From: a virus
Lineage: Duplodnaviria; Caudoviricetes
Reading direction: 5' to 3' (one strand)
Length of the DNA stretch: 39,726 nucleotides
IMG/VR virus record: IMGVR_UViG_3300048576_000445
Span: 1-39,726 of that record
The notes below the pieces were generated by a model, which saw nothing but the letters and a program-made list of their open reading frames with translations, had not been told where the DNA came from and searched no databases. The position numbers and the translations under genes are program-made. Positions within the stretch are counted from its first letter, which is position 1. Every line of letters starts with the position of its first letter. Shown here piece after piece: positions 33,536 to 39,726 of this stretch.

Positions 33536-33822
33536 GTTTCAAGGACTATCTGCGGCGCGACGTGCGCCTGGTGATGCTGCGCATCCTTTCCGAAATGCCC
33601 GAGTACCGGGCGAATTCTTCGGTCATCGCCAACGTGCTCGATCAGTTTGGCCATGCCGTCACGCGCGATCAGGCGAAGACGGAACTGCGCTGGCTGGAAG
33701 AGCAAGGCCTGGTCGACCTGACCGAGGTTGGCAGTGTGCTGGTGGCCACGCTGCAGGAGCGCGGCCAGGACGTGGCGCGCGGTCGGGCGACGGTTGACGG
33801 CGTTGCGCGGCCGGGGGCTTGA
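33532..33822 (+). CDS. Mu gp26-like winged-helix protein (96 aa)
   Basis: RLVMLRILSEMPEYRANSS...LRWLEEQGLV...RGQDVARGRATVDGVARP. Confidence 0.88.
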   Translation: MSFKDYLRRDVRLVMLRILSEMPEYRANSSVIANVLDQFGHAVTRDQAKTELRWLEEQGLVDLTEVGSVLVATLQERGQDVARGRATVDGVARPGA

Positions 33823-33823
33823 G

Positions 33824-34378
33824 ATGGGCAGAAAATCGTCCATCGACAAGCTGCCGGCCGATGTGCGATCGCACATCGAGATGCGCCTGCGCGAAAACCG
33901 GCTGACGCTGGACGAGCTGTTCGCCGACGTGCGCGAGGCGTTCCCGGATTTAAGCGAGGCGCCGTCGCGGTCGTCGCTCGGCCGGTACCGGCAGGGCTTC
34001 GAGGAAATCATGCAGACGCAGCGGGCGATGCAGACCGCAGCCTCGGCCTTGGTCGCCGAGCTGGGCGAGGACTTCGACGACAAGTCCGGTGCGCTGCTGA
34101 CCCAGGCCGTAACGACCCTGACGACGCAGGCCGCGTTCGGCGAGCTGCAGAAAAAGACGGTCGATATCGGCGACGTGCTCGACCTGGCTCGCGCTGCCAA
34201 GGCCGCGCAGGAGTCGCGCAGCCTGAACCTGCGCGAGCGTCAGCAGGTGGCGAAAATGGCGCGGGAGAAGCTGCTCGAGGAGCAGCAAGCCAACCTCGAG
34301 AAAGAAGCCAAGGCGATGGGTATGGATGAGGCCCAGGTCGACTTCTGGCGGCGTCGAGTGTTAGGCATCGGCAAATGA
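33824..34378 (+). CDS. Terminase small subunit, Mu gp27/DUF3486-like (184 aa from ATG 33824)
   Basis: MGRKSSIDKLP...SRSSLGRY. Confidence 0.88.
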   Translation: MGRKSSIDKLPADVRSHIEMRLRENRLTLDELFADVREAFPDLSEAPSRSSLGRYRQGFEEIMQTQRAMQTAASALVAELGEDFDDKSGALLTQAVTTLTTQAAFGELQKKTVDIGDVLDLARAAKAAQESRSLNLRERQQVAKMAREKLLEEQQANLEKEAKAMGMDEAQVDFWRRRVLGIGK

Positions 34379-35997
34379 TCCAGGAACTGAAACCGCGGGC
34401 AGATACTGTTCGCATCGTTGAGTGGGATGAGCTGCCGGAGTCCGTTAAACAGATTCCGGCCGATTTCAATCCACTCAACGACGGCGTTCTGATGAAGCAC
34501 CAGGGTGAATGGTGTGCCATTGATGCCGCTCTTAAGGTCTGTCCGAAGGGCCGTCGTACTGGGATTACTTTCGCCGAGGCTCTCGACGACACACTGATCG
34601 CAGCGAGCCGTAAAGAGGCCGGCGGCGACAACATTTATTACATCCCCGACGCAAAGGAAAAGGGCCTCGAGTTCATCGGCTATTGCGCACATCTCGCCCG
34701 CGTGATCGCTCAAGCTCAATCGATGGGTATTTCCAAGATCGAGGAATTCCTGTTCGAAGATCAACAGGATGATGGCTCGACGCAGATGATTTCTGCCTAC
34801 CGGATTCGATTTTCATCCGGTTTTTCGATTGTCGCCCTGTCGTCAAGACCAGCGTCGATTCGCGGCCTGCAGGGGATTGTCGTCATTGATGAGGCTTCAT
34901 TCCACAACAACGTTCAAGCCGTACTCGATGCAGCCACCGCACTGCTGATCTGGGGCGGGAAGATTCGCGTCATATCTTCGCACAACGGCAAGGGAAATCC
35001 GTTCAACCAGCTTTGCCTGGATATCGCCAATGGCCGCTATGGCAGCGATGCTGTGGTTTACACAGCAACATTCGATGATGCCGTTCGAAACGGGTTATTT
35101 GAACGCGTCTGTCTGATGCGTGGTTGGGCAGCAACCGCCGAGGCGAAGAAGTCCTGGTACGTCAAGATTCGTAATGCCTATGGCCCACGGAAAGCGGCCA
35201 TGCGCGAGGAGCTGGACGCCATTCCGCGTGACGGCAATGGGAAATCGATTCCAGGTGTCTGGATCGATCGTTCCATGAAGTCTGAAAAGCCTGTCCTGCG
35301 ACTCAGGATGGATGACGATTTTGTTCATCAGTCCGAGTACAAGCGGGATGATTTCGCCAAAGGCTGGATCAAGGCGCAACTCGAACCGCTTCGTGATCTG
35401 CTCGATCCGCGACTGCAGACAGTTTTTGGTATGGACTTTGCGCGCCACCGGAACTTTACGATCATCACGCCGCTGCAGGTCACTCAATCATTGGGCCGCC
35501 AGGCGCCCTTCGTCCTGGAACTGCAGAACGTTCCGTCGCGGCAGCAAGAGCAGATTCTGTGGGCTTTCATCGGCCTGCTGCCGATGTTCAGAGGCGGCAG
35601 CATGGATGCGACCGGCCCAGGGTTGACGTTGTCTGAATACACGGCGGACAAGTTCGGCCACGACGTGATCCATCAGATCACGCTCAACGTGAAATGGTAC
35701 GCAGAGTTCATGCCGAAGATGGTTCAGCGCTTCGAGGATGACGATTACGACCTGCCACGGGATGTAAACGTCGAGGAAGACCTACGAGCAGTGGAAAACA
35801 TCGACGGCATCCCACGCGTTCCGGAAGTCAATACAAGGGATTTGAAGGAGCCGGAATTGTTCCGGCACGGCGACTTTGCGATATCGCTCGTTCTGGCCGA
35901 GCACGCGGCAATGAATATGACCGCGCCGATCGAGAACGAAAGCAGCGGCCCGCGCGAAATCATCACCGAAATGGAAGGGTTCATGAATGGCTACTGA
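34375..35997 (+). CDS. Terminase large subunit, Mu gp28-like (540 aa)
   Basis: KGRRTGIT Walker A, VVIDEASF Walker B, GMDFAR / MDATGPG / HGDFAI nuclease motifs. Confidence 0.95.
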   Translation: MIQELKPRADTVRIVEWDELPESVKQIPADFNPLNDGVLMKHQGEWCAIDAALKVCPKGRRTGITFAEALDDTLIAASRKEAGGDNIYYIPDAKEKGLEFIGYCAHLARVIAQAQSMGISKIEEFLFEDQQDDGSTQMISAYRIRFSSGFSIVALSSRPASIRGLQGIVVIDEASFHNNVQAVLDAATALLIWGGKIRVISSHNGKGNPFNQLCLDIANGRYGSDAVVYTATFDDAVRNGLFERVCLMRGWAATAEAKKSWYVKIRNAYGPRKAAMREELDAIPRDGNGKSIPGVWIDRSMKSEKPVLRLRMDDDFVHQSEYKRDDFAKGWIKAQLEPLRDLLDPRLQTVFGMDFARHRNFTIITPLQVTQSLGRQAPFVLELQNVPSRQQEQILWAFIGLLPMFRGGSMDATGPGLTLSEYTADKFGHDVIHQITLNVKWYAEFMPKMVQRFEDDDYDLPRDVNVEEDLRAVENIDGIPRVPEVNTRDLKEPELFRHGDFAISLVLAEHAAMNMTAPIENESSGPREIITEMEGFMNGY

Positions 35998-37543
35998 GAA
36001 GAAGAAGCCCCCCGTCGATCTGGAGACCGAAGCCGCGAGCCGGCTCATTGATCCGTTCGAGGTCAATTACCTGGGCGTGCTGCGCACGAACGATCCGCTG
36101 CTGCTGGAGAAGGGCCAGAATCTGGAGCTGTATCGCGACTTGAAGCGCGACGGCAAGGTGTTTTCCTGCCTGCAGAAGCTGATCGGGGCGGTGGTCGGTC
36201 GATCCTGGGCGGTCGAGCCGGTGAACGAAGCAGATGCGAAGGACGGCGAGGCGCTGACCGACATGCTGCAGATGTTCAACTTCGACCAGGCCTGCCGGGA
36301 TCTGCTGGACGCGATCATCATGGGTTTCAGCGTGGTCGAAATCGTCTGGTGCGTCAAGGATGGCTGGGTGGTTCCCGAGCGCCTGGTGAAGCGCCGCCAG
36401 CGCCGGTTCGTCTATCAGCAAGACGAAAAGGACAAGGGGCCGCGCCTCAAGCTGCTGACGGCTGAAGCCATGGTCACCGGCATCGATCTTCCGGACCGCA
36501 AGTTCATCGTCCACCGAGTCAATCCCGAGGACGACAACCCCTACGGCACCGGCATCGGCCTGCAGGTGTTCTGGCCGGTGTTCTTCAAACGCAAGGGTAT
36601 CGTGTCCTGGGCCAAGCTGTGCGACCGCTTCGGTTCGCCAACGCCCTGGGGGAAATACCCGCGCAACGCCTCGCCGAAAGAAAAGGCAACGCTGGCCGAA
36701 GCGCTGCGCGCCTTCTCGACTGATGGTTACGTGATGACGCCGGAAGGATCGCTGATCGAGCTGCTCGAAAGCAAGATCGGTGGGAACATCACTACGCAGG
36801 AGCAGTTGGTCGCCGAGATGAACGACGCGATCGCCGAGGTCATCATCGGCCAGGAACCGCGCGCCAACGCCGGCGGCGCTGTAGCGTCGGCAAGCAAGGA
36901 ACGTAGCGCCGTCCGACTCGACATTGCCCAGGCGCATTCCGACCTGCTGTCCGAGACGCTCAACCGCTCGCTGATCGCCTGGATGTGCGAGGTCAACGGC
37001 CTGGCGCCGTGCGTCGTGTACCGCCAGATCAAGGAAGAAGAGGACAAGAAGGCCGAATCCGAGACCGATAAGAACGTGTCGGAGATGGGTTTTGAGCTAT
37101 CCGAAGAAGCTGCTCGGACGAAATACGGCGAGGGCTGGAGCAAGAAGAAGGAAGCGCAACCGCTGGCGCCGCTCGATCCGGCGCAGAAACCCGTGGTCGA
37201 CAACAAGAATCCGGTTGATCCAGACAACCCCGCCCCCGAGGACAAGGCGACGATGGACTTCGCCGAGGCCAATCTGCAGCCGACTGGCGACGCCATCGAT
37301 CAGCTGATCGACGCCGAGTCCAGCCAGTGGCAGCCTCTGCTCGATCCGATGCTGGCACCGCTGCAGGCGGCGCTGATGGAGGCGGCGCAGAACGGAGAAA
37401 CCGCAGCGGAGCTGATCGCCCGCCTGCCGGCGCTGCTCGAAAAGATGGATTCGTCGCGCCTCGGCCAGGCGCTGACGGAAATGTGCTTCAAGGCCAGGTT
37501 GGCGGGTAACGCTGGCATCGATCCGGAGTCGGTCAATGCCTGA
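35987..37543 (+). CDS. Portal protein, Mu gp29/DUF935-like (518 aa)
   Basis: NPYGTGIG...FKRKGIVSWAKLCDRFGSPTPWGKY; after terminase. Confidence 0.93.
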   Translation: MATEKKKPPVDLETEAASRLIDPFEVNYLGVLRTNDPLLLEKGQNLELYRDLKRDGKVFSCLQKLIGAVVGRSWAVEPVNEADAKDGEALTDMLQMFNFDQACRDLLDAIIMGFSVVEIVWCVKDGWVVPERLVKRRQRRFVYQQDEKDKGPRLKLLTAEAMVTGIDLPDRKFIVHRVNPEDDNPYGTGIGLQVFWPVFFKRKGIVSWAKLCDRFGSPTPWGKYPRNASPKEKATLAEALRAFSTDGYVMTPEGSLIELLESKIGGNITTQEQLVAEMNDAIAEVIIGQEPRANAGGAVASASKERSAVRLDIAQAHSDLLSETLNRSLIAWMCEVNGLAPCVVYRQIKEEEDKKAESETDKNVSEMGFELSEEAARTKYGEGWSKKKEAQPLAPLDPAQKPVVDNKNPVDPDNPAPEDKATMDFAEANLQPTGDAIDQLIDAESSQWQPLLDPMLAPLQAALMEAAQNGETAAELIARLPALLEKMDSSRLGQALTEMCFKARLAGNAGIDPESVNA

Positions 37544-39002
37544 GAGCGCCGCCCAGGAATTCGCCCGGCTGCAGAAGCTGACGCCGAAAGAGGCCGTTGA
37601 GTATCTGCAGCGCCGCGGGCGTCTGACTCAGACATTTTCGTGGATGGACCTCTTTCACGACGATCATGCACAACAGTACACGGTCAGCCGACTGGCGAAT
37701 CTCGATCTGCTCAAGGCAATGCAGGACGGTATTACGAAATCCGTCCAGGGCGATCTTTCCCGGCGCGACTGGATACGTGACATTCGTGACTTGCTCAAGC
37801 CTTCCGGCTGGTGGGGCGAGGTCGATGTGCTCGACCCGGTTTCCGGTGAAGTGGTCAGCACGCGTTTTGACTCGTCGCGCTTGAAGCTGATCTTCGACAC
37901 GAACACCCGCATGGCAAGTAGTGCCGGCGTGTGGGAGCGCACATGGCGCAATCGATCGTCGCACCCGTACATCCGCTACATCACGCGGGGCGATGAGCGT
38001 GTGCGCGAATCACATCGCGCCTGGCACAACCTGGTGTTGCCGTCCGATCACCCGTTCTGGGAAACACACTGGCCACCAAACGGCTACCGCTGCCGCTGCC
38101 GCGTCGTCAGCATGACGCAGCGGGAATACGACCGGGGTTACTCGGATTACCGGGCGCCGATCGAGTACAACCCGGATGGGACGGTCAAGCGCATTCCGGA
38201 GGTCGAGCGTGTGCCGTTCAAAAAGACCGCGCCGGAAGAATCTCTCATTCCATGGACCAACAGGCGGACCGGCGAAGTCAGCCTGGTGCCGGAGGGCGTG
38301 CAGCCCGGCTTCGATTACAACCCGGGTCTGTCTCGCGCCCGTCTGGAGATGCTGCAAACGGTCGGATTGCGCAAGCTGGATGATCTTCCTGCGCCGATCC
38401 GGAAAGCGGCGATGTCGCCGGTACTGGGGGAAGGCGTCAGCGCCGACTTCGCGCAGGCGGTCAGCCAGGCCTACGAGCAGTTGCCGGAAGCCGCGCGGCG
38501 ATCAGTCGCTGCGGCTGGCTACGAGGTCCGGGTTGTAGATCGGATCATCAAGGCGATACCGGAGCTTGCCGGAAAAAAATACGAAGAACTGGACGGACTG
38601 ACGCGTTTTTCCAATCGGCAGATTCTGATCGCGGAACAAGCCTTCGACACGTCTACGAACAGTTGGATGGCTGGAAACGCTCAGCGCGGCGCGACCGTTC
38701 TGGCACATGAGTTCGGCCATGCCCTTGATGAAATTCATCGACTGGCCGAAACTCCAGCGGTAGCAGCGGCCTGGCGTAAAGAATCGGCGGCGCTGGCGGC
38801 GTATCTGGCGAGCGCAGACGAAGGCCTGGTCGATGAAATCAGGTACTTCGTTCAACCTTGGCCACGCGGCGCCCTCGAAACTGTCGCCGAACTCTACGCC
38901 TTGCGTCATGGCGCCGGAACCGCTACGTTCTTGCAGGTTGCCGTCGCTTTTCCAGAAACACGGGCGGCGCTGGATCAGGTTCTGTCTGAAAAGGGGCTGT
39001 GA
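37536..39002 (+). CDS. MuF head morphogenesis protein with C-terminal HEXXH zinc-metallopeptidase extension (488 aa)
   Basis: MuF: DERVRESH...HPFWETHWPPNGYRCRC; extension: VLAHEFGHALD...RYF...ETVAELY. Confidence 0.9.
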   Translation: MPESAAQEFARLQKLTPKEAVEYLQRRGRLTQTFSWMDLFHDDHAQQYTVSRLANLDLLKAMQDGITKSVQGDLSRRDWIRDIRDLLKPSGWWGEVDVLDPVSGEVVSTRFDSSRLKLIFDTNTRMASSAGVWERTWRNRSSHPYIRYITRGDERVRESHRAWHNLVLPSDHPFWETHWPPNGYRCRCRVVSMTQREYDRGYSDYRAPIEYNPDGTVKRIPEVERVPFKKTAPEESLIPWTNRRTGEVSLVPEGVQPGFDYNPGLSRARLEMLQTVGLRKLDDLPAPIRKAAMSPVLGEGVSADFAQAVSQAYEQLPEAARRSVAAAGYEVRVVDRIIKAIPELAGKKYEELDGLTRFSNRQILIAEQAFDTSTNSWMAGNAQRGATVLAHEFGHALDEIHRLAETPAVAAAWRKESAALAAYLASADEGLVDEIRYFVQPWPRGALETVAELYALRHGAGTATFLQVAVAFPETRAALDQVLSEKGL

Positions 39003-39277
39003 TGTACGTTGTATGTTCGTATCACCCGAATAGGGAAAAAGTCACCGTAATGGGCCGCACCGACTACCCGGACTGTGGTGATTTCAAGCGCCAGATTTCG
39101 CCCGGCGAAACGTACTACGGCTTGACGTACGATGTGCTGGTTACGCTTGATGGTTTCGAAACCGACCCGCTGACCGACCAGGTCATCCGCACGGTGCCGG
39201 CAACACCTATTCCGCCCGACGCAGACCGCTCAGGAAAACTGATTCCGGACTGGCTGAGAAAGCAGCCGGCACCATGA
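39002..39277 (+). CDS. Small hypothetical protein, candidate immunity/partner of the MuF peptidase (91 aa)
   Basis: TGATG-coupled to muF, ATGA-coupled to G; inserted between normally adjacent F and G. Confidence 0.6.
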   Translation: MYVVCSYHPNREKVTVMGRTDYPDCGDFKRQISPGETYYGLTYDVLVTLDGFETDPLTDQVIRTVPATPIPPDADRSGKLIPDWLRKQPAP

Positions 39278-39726
39278 GCCTGATCGTCACGGTCGACTCC
39301 AGTCTGCTGGATACCGTTCTCGCCCGCGTCATTGCACTGGGCGACGACATGTCGCCGTTGATGAGTGCCATCGGTCAGGAAATGGAGAACAGAGTTCTTG
39401 GCCGCTTCGAAACTCAGCGCGACCCGCTCGGCCAAGCGTGGGCGGCATGGAAACCTTCGACGGTTGCGTCCTATCCGAAGACCGGCAACAAGCGCTTGCT
39501 GGATCGGTTTGGCGACATGCTCGGCAGCACCACGCACACCTTCGATTCAAACAGCGCCGAAATCGGCTTCGGCGATCCGACTGCCACCTATCACGAATGG
39601 GGAACAAAACACATGGAGCGCCGTGGCTTACTGTTTGCCGATCCAGATGCCGGAACCTTGGCTCCCGAAGACGAGGCGACGCTGCTCGAGGTCGTCGCGG
39701 ACTTCCTTGAGACGACGCTCGATTGA
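39274..39726 (+). CDS. Virion morphogenesis protein, Mu gpG-like (150 aa)
   Basis: PLMSAIG...RFETQRDPLGQAWAAWKPST...ATYHEWGTKHMERRGLL. Confidence 0.9.
   Translation: MSLIVTVDSSLLDTVLARVIALGDDMSPLMSAIGQEMENRVLGRFETQRDPLGQAWAAWKPSTVASYPKTGNKRLLDRFGDMLGSTTHTFDSNSAEIGFGDPTATYHEWGTKHMERRGLLFADPDAGTLAPEDEATLLEVVADFLETTLD

Larger units (their letters stand above)
1..39726. mobile_element. Mu-like transposable prophage (B3/BcepMu-type early module, siphovirus-type tail); termini not in window
   Basis: DDE transposase + AAA+ B protein + Gam + GemA + Mor, Mu gp26/27/28/29/F/G/I/gp36-like genes, tail tube and tape measure but no sheath; no host genes seen; window begins and ends on stop codons. Confidence 0.95.

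Noticed and set aside
18581-33823. Long upstream-extended starts in the ORF track (e.g. 19312, 20296, 22683, 23787, 28584, 29833, 30891, 32126, 33728)
   Set aside because: They overlap neighbouring real genes; downstream ATGs with RBS or stop-start coupling fit better.

Overview
The window is almost the whole gene set (about 60 genes) of a GC-rich Mu-like transposable prophage of the B3/BcepMu type with a non-contractile (sipho-type) tail. It is cut exactly at two stop codons (1-3 and 39724-39726), so the phage ends and host flanks are not visible. Minus strand, read right to left from a switch at ~30.45 kb: gp16/Ner-like regulator, Rha, small early genes, DUF3102, DDE transposase A, AAA+ protein B, Gam, GemA, Mor/C activator, a five-gene accessory fibre cassette, protease/scaffold, major capsid, neck, tail tube, tape measure and tail-tip/receptor-binding genes. 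Plus strand from 30.5 kb: repressor, a prepilin-like membrane protein, endolysin, holin, TraR-like protein, Mu gp25/26/27-like genes, terminase, portal, MuF fused to an HEXXH metallopeptidase with a small downstream partner, and gpG. The late genes are therefore split into two divergent halves. Most notable: (i) a type IV prepilin-like gene next to the repressor; (ii) a MuF-metallopeptidase/partner pair; (iii) three matching Mor/C-type late promoters, two apparently making leaderless mRNAs; (iv) a fibre cassette with matching N- and C-terminal docking motifs; (v) 28-30 bp palindromes inside the rha and DUF3102 genes; (vi) phased A-tracts near the genome centre; (vii) no tail-assembly-chaperone gene between tail tube and tape measure. 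All family assignments are from visual motif recognition and gene order, not database searches.
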